Shown one piece after another: positions 25,623-37,500 of a stretch of DNA of 64,000 bases. The notes under the pieces are model-generated. The model worked only from the letters and a program-made list of their open reading frames with translations, was not told where the DNA came from and ran no database searches. Numbering within the stretch: position 1 is the stretch's first letter; each line of letters opens with the position of its first letter. The translations under genes and the position numbers were made by a program. Source of the DNA: Octopus bimaculoides. Its lineage: Eukaryota. The stretch covers positions 87,923,073-87,987,072 of the forward strand of contig NC_068981.1 in NCBI RefSeq assembly GCF_001194135.2. The letters are read 5' to 3'.

Positions 25623-25848
25623 TATTTCTTTATTGCCCACAAGGGGCTAAACAAGGACAGACAAAGGGATTAAGTCGATTACGTCGACCCCAGTGCGTAA
25701 CTGGTACTTAATTTATCGACCTCAAAAGGATGAAAGGCAAAATTGACCTCAGCAGAATTTGAACTCAGAACGTAATGGTAGACGAACTACCGCTAAGCAT
25801 TTTGCCCGGCGTGCTAACGTTTCTGCTAGCTTGCTGCCTTTCAGTTCT
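25623..25848 (-). mobile_element. Nin-domain tRNA SINE with Tx1-like 3' tail
   Basis: tRNA head, Nin core and tail tgtttagccccttgtgggcaataaagaaat; exact 16-bp TSD gcttctttcagtttct (25607-25622 / 25849-25864), inserted in the end of a CORE SINE. Confidence 0.8.
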
Positions 25849-26556
25849 GCTTCTTTCAGTTTCTGCCAACCAAATCTACTCGCAAGCCATTGGTTGGCCC
25901 AGAGCTATAGTAGGAGACACTTACTGAAGGTACTATTCTGTAGGAATCTGAAATCTTATGGTTGAGAAACAAGCTTTTCTTAACTACAGTCATATCTGTA
26001 TGTATATCATCATCATTTAATGTCTGCTTTCCATGCTGGCATGGGTTGAATGGTTTGATAGCAATTGGCGAGTTGCCATGGTTCCAGTTTTCTATTGTGG
26101 CATGGTTTCTATGGCTAGATGTTCTTCCTAATGCCAACCACTTCAGTGTATTGGGTGCTTTTTACATGGCACCGGTGGATGACAACTTTACACCACTCAG
26201 GTGAGAAGCCTCCAGCTCATTCTGTCCTCAAGGGGTTTCTCCATATGATGTGTCTTATAGGCAGTAAGGTACTTCCTTGGAGAGAACTTGATTGTTCTGG
26301 GTAGTTCCTGCTGAGAGTTTTATGAGGTTAGAGTGCAAATCTTACAACAATCTCTTTTAGTTGCCTTTTATGACATGCAAAAGAAATGTTAGGTCTGTTC
26401 TTTGGTATGTCAGTCCCTACACAGCACAAAACCCTCTGTAAATAAAAATAATCCCTTACTTCAAATGCAGGTAAGCAGGCAGAGCATTTGGCTGTAAAAT
26501 CCTACATCAAATATCTCTCTGTTTTACCCATGCTAGCATGGAAAAAACATTAAATA

Positions 26557-26589
<33 letters not shown>

Positions 26590-28325
26590 ATGAGTTTTTC
26601 CATCTATATTTTGCTTTGATCAGCCCGAGGTCATGCTAGATGGTACTTTCTCTTGGTGCTGCACAATGGCATCAAACCCAAACACATGTTTTGCAAATAA
26701 GTATCTCTTATCCAGAATATTAGAGAGATTTGCACATCATCATAGTCATTTAACATCTAATTTTCATTGTTGGCATGGGTCGGACAGAATTTCTTGAAAC
26801 AGATTTTCTAATTAGATATCCACCTTGTCACCAAACATCATGTTTCAAACAAGCTAAGATTTTCCCATGGCCAGACATGGTTTTCATGGAAAAATGGAAA
26901 CAAAGAACATTGCTTGTAAGATGGTGATGCTCCTTCACACAATGTCAAGACAAGAGTTCACACAAACATCATCATTAGTTAACATTCACTTTCCACACTG
27001 GCATGGATTGGACGATTTGAGAGGAACAGGCAAATCAGAAGACTACACTAAGCTCCATTGTCAGTTCTGGCATGGTTATTTTGGTTGGATGCCCTTCCTA
27101 ATGCCAACCACGTTACAGAATGTACTGGGTGTTTTTTTATGTGACACTAGTAGCATTGAGCTCAGTTAACTAGCAGGACAAGATCACTGAAATGGAGTGG
27201 GGTGTAGTATTTAATCTATTCATGTAATATATGATAGACAGGGCTTTTATGAGATGTGATTTAGCAGGTACATTAGTCTTGGGCTCAGAAAGCTTAGGGA
27301 GAGGCTTGTGATTATCTGCTGGGCCTCTCAGTGAAAAAAATTAATTTCACAGCCTCTTTGAATTTTGAGAGCAATCATGCCTCCCAGGACTCAAAAAACT
27401 ATCTTGAGCCGTCTCTCAGATGGCCCCCATCAGAGATGCAAATGGAATTATAATAGGAGTATCCTGATTTGACACTTTCCTATTCTCAGCAGCCATTTTT
27501 TTTTATCTACTAAAGGAATTGGAGGGTAAAAATGTAAAAAATTGACTGCTTTGGGCAAAAAAAATATTTTCACAGAAGAAAATCATTCAATTTCTTCTCC
27601 ATGAGGTAGTGATAATTATTCCAGAAGTTCATTGATCTCCTATTACTCATTTCAGGAGTGTAATAGCTTATTTAATAATCCTTTAACAAATATAAAAATT
27701 GGCAGTTGATAATAGGATATATTTTGAGAATCATTATGCAAATAATTCCTTGGTTATTCAACTCTGCATGTGCTTATGTTATTTTTGGAAAAATGAAACC
27801 CTACACCACTTATTCCCTCCTCTCCTGAAATCTTATGAATGATTACAAATGCCCCCCCCCCCCACCAGCTCCATAGTAATGTATAACAATTAATTGATAG
27901 TAAACTTAAATTAATGGTCTTGTTCCAGAGAACAAGACTTAATTTATGATTTCTTCCCATCATTGAAGTTGGTTGATGAGGAAACTGCTGATACTTATAA
28001 GATCATTTCTGTAAAATGCTTGTCTTGGGTTTTAAGAAGCGATTACATAGCACCATTGATCGCAAACAAGCTCTGTAGTAATCTATTACAACTGAGTGCA
28101 TAGTCACTCTTAAAAGCACTCATACAGGGATTTAGGAAGCAATCACATTATGTATGTGTATAAATATAACAATTGTGTAAACATGGCCCAACTGACAATA
28201 CAGGATATAAATTCAAAGTGATTATAATGAATAATCAACATGTATCTAATGATTCTAATTTAAAATTCTTGATCTATTAAAATTATCTCCATTTTCAAAG
28301 AGGGGAGAGTAGACCAACTGCTTAC

Positions 28326-28815
28326 TGCAATGAGCACAAACTCCAAATGAGGAGATAATCTCAAGAATTCTCCATGATTTACATGCCATTAGGAAAAGAG
28401 TCTGATTATAGGAAGACAAGAAGACAGATCTGGCATGTTTCTGATTCAATAGGTGTCATCAGCACAGCAACCCTCATACCTTACATTCAGTAGACAAGAC
28501 ACTTAGACATAAAAAAAACCCAACAAAAATAAACTTCTTGACTGAACACGTTCATGGTCTAGGTAATTTGCATAAATAAAATGAAAATGAACCAAGAAAA
28601 ATAAATCAGAGGGGCCAGATGAATAAGGATATCTTAATTCTTTTTGTTTTTTTTTTGTGTCGCATCTGTTGAAGGTTTAAGTAGGACAGCTCTCCTTAGG
28701 TCTTAAAATAATTCGACTGTCTTTTCCCTCATGGCATGCATGCCAATTTTGGGGAAATTCTTGTGATGATTTCTCTTTACTTGTTGGTACCAATCATAAG
28801 TGTTTGTTCTAGTCT
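28326..28815 (-). CDS. Three candidate small exons (28781-28815, 28480-28501, 28326-28401) of the divergent gene
   Basis: Each is bounded by AG/GT with pyrimidine-rich acceptors (e.g. tctgtcttcttgtcttcctataatcag) and donors GTAAAG, GTATGA, GTAAGC; phases are compatible. Confidence 0.3.
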
Positions 28816-28979
28816 CTGGAAGCAGGGAATTTCAAATAAATCAAGTCATCTTATTATATATGCGTACGTGTCGAATACGCATGCTGCCCTTCATTTTATA
28901 ACCAAAATTTTCTTCGGATTCCAATGACCTCTTCTGTGTCTGTGTACGCGCGTGTATATATATATATTCTCGATATGTA

Positions 28980-29003
28980 AATCGAACAAAATATATTTTA
29001 TAT
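28980..29003. repeat. LINE target-site duplication (left copy; right copy 34153-34176)
   Basis: aatcgaacaaaatatattttatat is identical on both sides. Confidence 0.92.
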
Positions 29004-29201
29004 GAATCACTGTTACTTCCGTCTTTTGAGAGTTAGACATGTTTTTTGCTGAGTGAAGGAGAGATTTGTTGCTAAATTTGTTGATATTTTTGAATTGTTG
29101 TGAACTGTTTATTGCTTGTGCAAACATTATTGTTAATTCCCTCGTGTGGGGGAAATTATTGTGATTCATTATTTGTGTTTTATTACGCAAAACTTTACGC
29201 A

Positions 29202-30600
29202 ATGGAAAACATTAACGCATGTGAGGAGAGTGTGTCTCCAATAAACTTGCTGGAACCTCAGGTGCCAAGTTGCAGTAAGGATACCACAGGAAAGACAGGA
29301 AGAAAAAGAAATATTGATGTACCCAGCCTTGCAACTGGGGAGGAACCCATAAGGAGTTTTGCGGCAGCCGCCGGAGGAAATACACGGAAAATTGATATAA
29401 CTAATTTAAGAGCTCACCGGGAATTACTATCGAGAGAAGGGACCGAAATAAATGTGGCCCCTCCTCATAGTATCATTAAAGATGCATTAGAGAGAACTGT
29501 TATCTTCAAAATGTATAACGTTGAGAAGAAAAGAATCGACTATGTCAACGAGAATTGTGTAGAAAAGTGCCTTAGGCCAATATAGAGTGACATTAAATAT
29601 TTGGCCAGGGGAAAACGATATGCAACTGTGGAGGTGAGGATGGCGACAGTGGAAAAAGCACAACAACACTCTGTAGAACCGTTGCGTACAGACGAGGTGG
29701 TGCGGTTACATATTTATATGGGGAGGAGAACCTCCCGAATAAAGATAGGGTACGTACCACCAGAAGTGGATGCCGAATGGCTAGTAGCTGCAGTTCTATA
29801 CGACTTGTAAGAGGAAATTAATCTTCTTTCAGCCGAGGTTACGGAAGACAAAATCTGGCTTGATCAGACAATAAAATTGACGATTCAGACTGAACTAATG
29901 ACCCTGGGAAAAAATCCAGAAGTTATAAACACTATGGATACTAAACTAGTCATCATGGTGGAGGGCAGAAAGCCCAGATGTTTCAAATACGGGAAGAAGG
30001 GCCATGTCAGGGCCGAATGTAAGAGTGGCGAAGAAAAAGAAGAAAATAAAGAAAATAATATAGAGGAAGATTCAGAAGATGAAGAAAATAGAAAAACAGA
30101 AGATAGTACGGATGAAGAAAAAGAGAACGAAAATAAAGAAGAGAAGAGGTGGACGACAATTGGTTGTAAAAGAAAAATTAATTCTACACCCCGAGAATCA
30201 ACTCAAAGGAAAACAAATAAGGCAAAAAGAAAAAAAAATGAATACAAAGCAGTGACTAAAAAAAAAGAACAGTGGACAATAATAAAACAGCGAACAATAA
30301 TAGGGAAGTGTACATGGCAGTTAGAACCTCTAACACAAGGCTAATGAGCCAAATAAAAAGTAACAAAAACATTAAAAAGAACAGAAGTTGAAAATGCCGA
30401 AGACGGGTTCGAAATCTACAAAACGGACTCAGCGTCTTACAACGTGCTTGCTAATACTTTCGGAACGATGTTGGCCCGTCTAGGTATGACGTTTCTGATC
30501 ATATCTATAACGGATTACTAAAAATGACTCCACGAGCCCGAGAAAAAGAAAAAGAGGCGGATTCCCCTCCGCCTCTAAACGAAGACGGATTAAATTAAGG
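29202..30600 (+). pseudogene. LINE ORF1 (RNA-binding/gag-like), broken by stops and frameshifts
   Basis: ATG at 29202; ORF pieces 29202-29585, 29601-29810, 29877-30344; degenerate knuckle RCFKYGKKGHVRAEC (second Cys to Tyr) followed by an acidic/Lys-rich tract. End approximate. Confidence 0.75.
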
Positions 30601-30608
30601 TAAGACTT

Positions 30609-33600
30609 ATGGCAGTTAACACTGGTTGTTTAAATGTGCGTGGCCTGACGGCGGGATGGAAGCAAGGTCGCTTCTTAAACGACGTCAGGTCACATAATTT
30701 GGATGTCATTGTTGCTACTGAAACCCGGTTAAAGGGATCAAGAGATCTGTTCCCACTCCGGAGCGGATGCAAGAAATTTATTTCTCCAGGTGTTGGTCCA
30801 ATTAAAAAGAAACCGGGTTTCAGAGAAAAAGTTAATTTTTTCTGACCCAGTTGCGGTAAGAAAATCAGACTGGTGGCAATTTACGCCCCCAATAATGGTC
30901 AGTCTGAGTATTTCCGAGACCTAGAGAAGTTTCTTGGTACGTCGTACCCATTAGTTTTGTTAGGGGACTTTAACACTATTCACGATGCGCACGTGGATAA
31001 TGTTGACTCGAACTCAAATAGGATACCGAATGTCAGCTTCCGGGATCTACTAAGTTGCTTTCAGCTAGTAGATCCATACAGACTTGAATTCCCGAACACC
31101 CCATTGTGGACATGGTTGAGTGGTGACGGGTCTTTTAAGTCATATATAGATAAGATTCTAATTAGAGAAATAGATAGAGACATAGCTAAGTGTCCACAAT
31201 TCCACTTGGTCAGCTACAGTGATCATAAATTGGTCACTTGTAAGCTGAACCTAGATAAGTTAGAGAATAGAGGATCCGGTTACTGGAAACTCAATAAGTC
31301 CCTTTTGGCGATTGAGGAGTACAGGACCCGGATTAAGTTACTGATACAGAGGGCTTTAACAGGTACCATCATAAATAATAAATGGTGGTACGCCCTCAAA
31401 AGAGCCATTAAGTTTGAGTCTGTTAGATAGGCTTAGTGGCTTGAGAGCGTAAGAGGGAACTAGAACTAGTTAAGGAATTAGAGGAAGCCGTGTTGACTGG
31501 TAGTGCTGTTCAGGTGAAGTCTAAGAGACGAATTAAACCGGCACCTCGAGGCCAAATACATGGGATGCATTATCAGGGCTAGACTTCATGCAATGGGGAG
31601 TGAGGGGATCAATGCTGCTGGATGGGCCCGAGTGGTGGAAACCCAACGTGGAAATGATTCCACAATTCGATCTTTGGAGAACCTACGAGGCGAGATTGTG
31701 AACAAACCCGATGAGATGTGTAAGGCTTTTCAGGAGCACTTTGCACAGCTTTTCGGAATGGGCGATGGACCGGATAGTAAGTTGAACCTTTCGGACTTCC
31801 TTGCCGGGCTGCCGCGTCTCTCGGAGAAGGATGCTGAGTGCTGTGAAGGGTCGATCACACCTGAGGAGGTGAGAGAGGCTATAGCTGACTGCAAAGTTGG
31901 TAGGGCGCCGGGACTTGATGGTTTGCCTTACGAATTGTACAAAGGCATGCCAGACTTGTTTGGGCAAATTCTGGCCGGGGTTTACGCGAACTGGCAGCAG
32001 AATGGGTTAATCCCCAGATCTGTACGCCGGGGAGTGGTGACTCTGGTCAGGAAGGACCCAGACAAGGGGGATAAGATCGATAACTTTTGGCCCATCACTC
32101 TGTTAAACGCAGAGCTGAAGATTTTGGCCAAGGTACTAGCAAAAAGATTGACGCGTGTCGCGAATGCTCTGATCGGCAAGGCACAAACCTGTACCGTCCC
32201 CAGCAGAAGCATTCAGGACAGTCTTCATCTTATACGCTATACCTTAGAAGGGTTTGGTAGTGATTCTGGCAAAGGAGGGGTTTTGGTCCATTTAGACCAG
32301 TCAAAAGCATTCAATAGGGTTGACCATCGGTACCTAATGTCCGTGCTGGCACAGTTCGGGCTGGGTCTTGGCTTCCTCAGTTGGATAATCCAATTATACG
32401 ATAACATCGACTCGATCGTTCGGGTGAACGGCTTTCTTTCTAAGCCGTTCTCTATCAAGCGCTCGGTTCGCCAAGGATGTCCGCTCTCGCCGCTTTTGTA
32501 TGTGATGGCCCTAGAGCCGTTACTGCGAAAGTTGAGCGGCATCCCGAGGGGGCCAGCCGTTGGAGATTCGGTTTCAGCATATGCGGATGACATCACCATT
32601 ATCGTAACCAAGATGGAACACCCACAGAGGGTAGGTGAAACCATCAAGGTTTACGAGACGGTGGCAGGAGCAAAGATTAACCTGGAAAAGTCAGTCGGCT
32701 TGCAACTCGGCACCTGGAGGGGCAAGTAGATGCCTTCGGATAGCGTCGTGGGACGTTGGACGGAGGGCCCGGTTAAGCTGCTAGGAGTTTGGTTTGGTCC
32801 AGACCTCCAGATAGAAAAGAATTGGGCAGAGGTATCGAGCAAGGTGACCCTCATAGTCAAGACCTGGTCTTGGCGGTGGCTATCCTTGAAAGGGAGGGCG
32901 GAGGTGGCCAATGTGTTTATCGCATCGGTCATCATTTACCGCCTAACCGTCGTGCCCTGTCCTGATTCATGGTTGAACAAGTTGGAGAAGCAGATCTTCC
33001 GCTTTTTGTGGAAGGGCGTCTCTCCTCTTGTGAGGCGTTCTATCTGCTGCCAGAAGCCGCTGAAGGGAGGACTGGGGATGCCCTGGCTGTTGATGCGCAG
33101 ACATGCGCTGAGGTTGAAGCATCTCTGGCTACTCCCGAATGGTGAACAGGTGTGGTCTTCGCTTGCGAAACGGATGTTTCCCAGGTTCACTAGTTTTAGT
33201 GGACGAGAAAACTGGTTCCTTCATAGATCGAGGTTGGGTACATGGTTCACGGAGTGCCGTAAAGCACTCTTACTGTTCCGTCACTCGGGTAATGCCAGCG
33301 GTTTTGGTACCACCACATCTTTCTATAGCAGGTTGGTAGAGGCTGGGAACGACGATACCCTGGAGGAGACCCTAGGTCTCGGAGATAACCAGTTAGACAG
33401 TCTGTTCTAAAGGACCTTCAGGCTGGGGTGTTTAGATAATTTCCAAAAATCTCTAGCCTGGCAATGTTACTGAGGAGCCTTACCCGTTCGGGATAAGCTT
33501 GCACGACACGGTTAATCTAAACTTACGGACTGTCCAAGATGCGGGCAGGATAGGGAAACCGTCCTGCACGCTATTGTTCAGTGTCTGAAGTGTGGGCTTA

Positions 33601-33922
33601 TACAGAACATCTGCTGTCGGGTTCGAGAAGAGTACAGCTGTTGTCTGAGTCAATTGTAAAAATTAACCCGCCGGATTTCCTCACGAAAGAAGGTAAGCAT
33701 TGTTTTCTCGCAGTAGTAGCAATTGCGAAAGAGGTGGTATGGAAGACGCGAATGAAAGGTTTGACGTCAGGCGACTTCATCTCCGACCTCGGGTTGGTGA
33801 GATTTTTTACCTTTCACCTTAAAAGGAAGGTGAGGCTGGAGAGAAGATGCCTGTCGGAGAAAATGTTCAAAGAAAGATGGTTGCATGTTGTGAGGGTGCT
33901 GGGAATGAAAGATTCTTCGTGA
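30609..33922 (+). pseudogene. LINE ORF2 (APE endonuclease - reverse transcriptase - zinc finger), inactivated
   Basis: MAVNTGCLNVRGL, IYAP, LGDFN, SYIDKIL and SDHKLV (APE); APGLDGLP, RPIT-like WPITLLN, LDQSKAFNRV, RQGCPLSP and YADD (RT); CPRCGQDRETVLHAIVQC. Several in-frame stops (30843, 32727, 33408 and others) plus frameshifts near 31430-31520 and 33585. Confidence 0.92.
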
Positions 33923-34383
33923 ACGTGTCATAAGTCTGTATACAAAGGTTCCAGTAGGAGATTGGGGCTCGTGGCGTCGGAGTGTAACCATCTCTCTGCT
34001 TCATTTCATGTTTGTATTTTGTCCTTGTTTTGTATCATTCGATTTAATTATATCATGTAAATTTTTAAAAGTTATACCATTGTGTGTCTGACCCCAATCA
34101 GGCTGTACTGTCCCCCTCTGTGTTTCGCCCCTTGTGGGTAATAAAGAAATTTAATCGAACAAAATATATTTTATATTGTAAATGTGAAAGAGGAAGCTAG
34201 GTCTAGCATGTCAACATATACGTGAATGTATGCAGTACTGTCGAGTTAACACTCTACAGAGACAGCCGTCTACTTTTCAAGTTTTAGAATCGATAAAACA
34301 AGGAGTCAAGAATCGAACGAATTAATTATAATCTTTCTTCTTATAAAGTTGCTTTTCGTTCTAAGTGAACAAAATCAACATAC

Positions 34384-34410
34384 TGAGAGTAAACTCCCTT
34401 CGCCTTTCAT
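34384..34410 (-). CDS. Candidate first coding exon of a divergent unidentified gene (MKGEGSLLS)
   Basis: aaagcATG context and donor TCA|GTATGT in phase 0; splices in frame to candidate exons 28781-28815, 28480-28501 and 28326-28401. No homology recognised. Confidence 0.3.
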
Positions 34411-34419
34411 GCTTTGGCG

Positions 34420-34500
34420 CTAATTTCGAATAGAAATGTTACATTGGCGTTGATTGGAGGTTCGTGATGTGACTGCGTTTTCAATTGGTTCAAGTTTTTA
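34420..34500. promoter_or_regulatory. Probable (bidirectional) promoter: three ATTGG/CCAAT boxes and a TTCGAA element in a CpG-retaining region
   Basis: ATTGG at 34443, 34453 and 34484; TTCGAA at 34425-34430; CpG-rich ~34200-35200 versus CpG-poor flanks. Confidence 0.55.
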
Positions 34501-34554
34501 TTCACTATCAGGACGTATCTTAGCAGCGTTGATTTGTTGGTGTGGCCGCTGAAG
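34490..34554 (+). other. TTLL4: Putative non-coding first exon of TTLL4 (start uncertain)
   Basis: Strong donor AAG|GTAAGG at 34555 just downstream of the CCAAT cluster; next strong acceptor is at 38325-38326. Confidence 0.5.
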
Positions 34555-37500
34555 GTAAGGTATTTTATGTCATAGTATTACATCATAAATTCGATGCGAA
34601 TTTAGTTTACTGTTTTATTACTAGTGCTTATATTTTGTTGTAGAATAACGTTTTATTCATGATTTACCAGTTATGTATTTCTTTTTAAGTTCACAAATCC
34701 TTTCATTAAACTGTAATAACGATTTACTGTCTTGTATTTCATTTTACTATTCGTGCCATAAATTTGCGTTACTTCATGCATGAATCGAACTTATGATGCT
34801 TATTTACGTGCTTACCACGTGCTGTCATTTGTCTAGTGGAATTTGTATATCGCTCTAAGGAAAATGAAAAAAGAAATTCAGAGAAGCAGCAGTTGATATT
34901 GTTACAAGTATAAAAAAATATATATATTTATATATATATAGATGTGTTTCGTCGCCTTTCTGGCAATTTAGTAAATTGTCAACACTTCGTCATCAAATGT
35001 AAGTTTTTTTTTAATTTAAAAACAGAAAGAACACGTATAAATATCTTAAAAAATAGAAACCCAAACCCTGTTCGTTATAAATCGATTTTTTTTTTTTAGC
35101 GGCGTCTTTTTCCTTTCCAATTCTTGCCACATGGCAGAATCCTATATACACATATCTATGTATTTTACAATTCATCATTATTTGCTTTCGGCTTTCTTAA
35201 AAGGTGTCTATTCAATATCTACAACATCTCCCCACGGTTTCATGAACTTTATTCAAAATTTTTGTTTGAAACGTGAAATATGGTATGTTTCTTAGAAGCC
35301 CAAACTCCGGTAAATGTTGACTACCATAGATAGTCATTCCGACACTCAACTGTTCAACAGGTTGCTGCCTTACTTTTCAAAGTATTTTCTCACATTCCTA
35401 TATTGAAACTTAACTCCAACGTTTTTATGTTATTTCTTGTACTGGATAAAGCATTTTTTATCACTTAATACTATCACAATTTTTGTAAAGGATTTATTTT
35501 TGTTTCTAGATGGTGACTTGCATAACTGAACTAACTGTACAGTTGCTAGACTAAGCTACATTTATCGATTATTTTCTTTTTTAAAAGTCGTTAGTTGTGT
35601 TTAAAAATGTATGCTATTAATTATCAAAAGTAGTTTTATTTCGGAGGTCTAAGACGGCAAAAATTCAGGGTTAAGATCCTACAGCAGTTATTCGCACATT
35701 AGCTCATTGACTTTAGAATTAGACTAAAGTTATATATATATGAGAGAGAGAGAGAGAGCGGTGTGTGTGTGATTCCAAAATGAGTATATCTGAATTTCCT
35801 TTAATCAGGCAGCATAGAATAATCAAGATTTGGCCATCTACATCGACACGTGTAAGTTCAGTAAAAGTATTTAGACTGAATCTGTTTGTGCACCGAAGAG
35901 AGGAAATGTACAGCCTTTGATAAAACTCCAGTAATTCCTTAACTGAATCGAACTCGTACAAAACTCTTGGTGCATATAGTACGAAATTAATCGTTAGATA
36001 GTGATTTCCTTTGGTAGGTTTAGCCGATAGAATCAATATTACTGGTACAGAACGATGTAACACGAACCTGGCTTCGTCTCCAAGGCGCTTCTGGTAACAA
36101 CTATTTATTAATGGACTGAAGTGAATAGTATGTGAACTAAATACTATAAAGCACCCAACCTGGATCCACCAAATATAACTAACCAAGTGTTTCGAATGTT
36201 AATAACAGCAAAACTACGAGATACAACTTTCTGTAAAATTATGGTTTTCTGCATTCGACTTTGTCGTAGTGGAGGTGATGATACAAAACTCACTGAAGAC
36301 ACTTATGCAGATAGATATCTATAAAGATGTACTTAAAGAGAGGGTAGTTTGTCGCAAGAAATTATTTTTGCAAAAACACCTTTTTCTAAAGAAAACTATA
36401 TTTTGGGCAAGTTATCAGATTCCGGTATAATTATGTGTATGAGAGCGTATAATAAGCATTTTAGTGCCAGCTGGAAGAACTGGCGCTGTTTTTTATGCAC
36501 AGAATACTTTATTCAAAATTATATGTTGATGTAATCTTTGAAATGGATGATGAATTATTTAAAGATACTAATTTTATCTGAAGCCTTGTGACCATGTTAG
36601 AAGTAAATATAGACAGTTTAGTTGAAAGAGTACAAGAATCTGCAAAGCAGGGAAGCTGAAAGTAACTAATGCACAAAGCCCCAGATTCTATTGAAGAGGA
36701 ATTCTGATTTGATTATGCTGATTCTAGTATTAGGCTGGTATTCATTTTATCAACTCTAGAAAGATGAAAAGCTAAGACAATACCTTAGGAATGAGAACCC
36801 AGGTTCGAAATTTCCCCAAGACACTTGATGAAGGCTGGAGGGTATAAGATGAGGACAAATATCTGCCAAATGTAAATAATGTAAACAAAACAATAAACCT
36901 GAAAGTGAATATTATTCCAATATTTAACAGAGGCTAAAAATGTCTTGCAGAAAATTGGTGGACATCTTTTACAAAAATTTCTGAAAGGATTCAGAAAAAG
37001 CAACTTGTGAATTATTAAGTTTGATAAACTCAAAAATAACCAGTATGATTTTCAGGAAAACATTGTGCCTTTCCCAGTTATTAGACTACTATCACAAGAT
37101 TGTTGCAATTGAAAATGGCAAGGAACATGATGTTATATTATAGACTTTACAAAATTCTTCCACATGTAATGAGTTGAATGTAATATATATCAAAAACTGA
37201 TAGAACATGAAATTACCAGATATACAGGAAGATGTATAAATACTTTTCTCATAAAAATAACATTCAGAGTATTCATGTAATGCATATGAATGAAACCAGA
37301 TGACTAAAGAGCCTAAATGATGTATGTAGAAAGAACCAGTGGAAGAGAAAGACAAACAGAAGTAGTTAAAGCTAATCTCAGGAAGGAGTTGACAAAGGAA
37401 TGCAACATGGTGGGATGTAATATTGGAAGAGGACTTGTCCAACCTAAGTAAGGATAGAAAACTGGATGTAAAATGATGAACCAAAAATCCAAATCTAGAA

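Larger units (their letters stand above)
29004..34152 (+). mobile_element. Full-length, disrupted Tx1/L1-clade non-LTR retrotransposon (~5.15 kb)
   Basis: ORF1 with zinc knuckle; ORF2 with APE endonuclease, RT (YADD at 32580-32591) and CX2CX8HX4C finger; AATAAA at the 3' end; 24-bp TSD at 28980-29003 / 34153-34176. Confidence 0.93.

Noticed and set aside
31683-33339. Antisense and alternative-frame ORFs overlapping the LINE RT
   Set aside because: Expected shadows of a GC-richer coding region; no independent motifs.
35120-35140. RFX X-box in the TTLL4 5' region (ttgccacatggcag)
   Set aside because: It does not fit the GTNRCC-N0-3-RGYAAC consensus.
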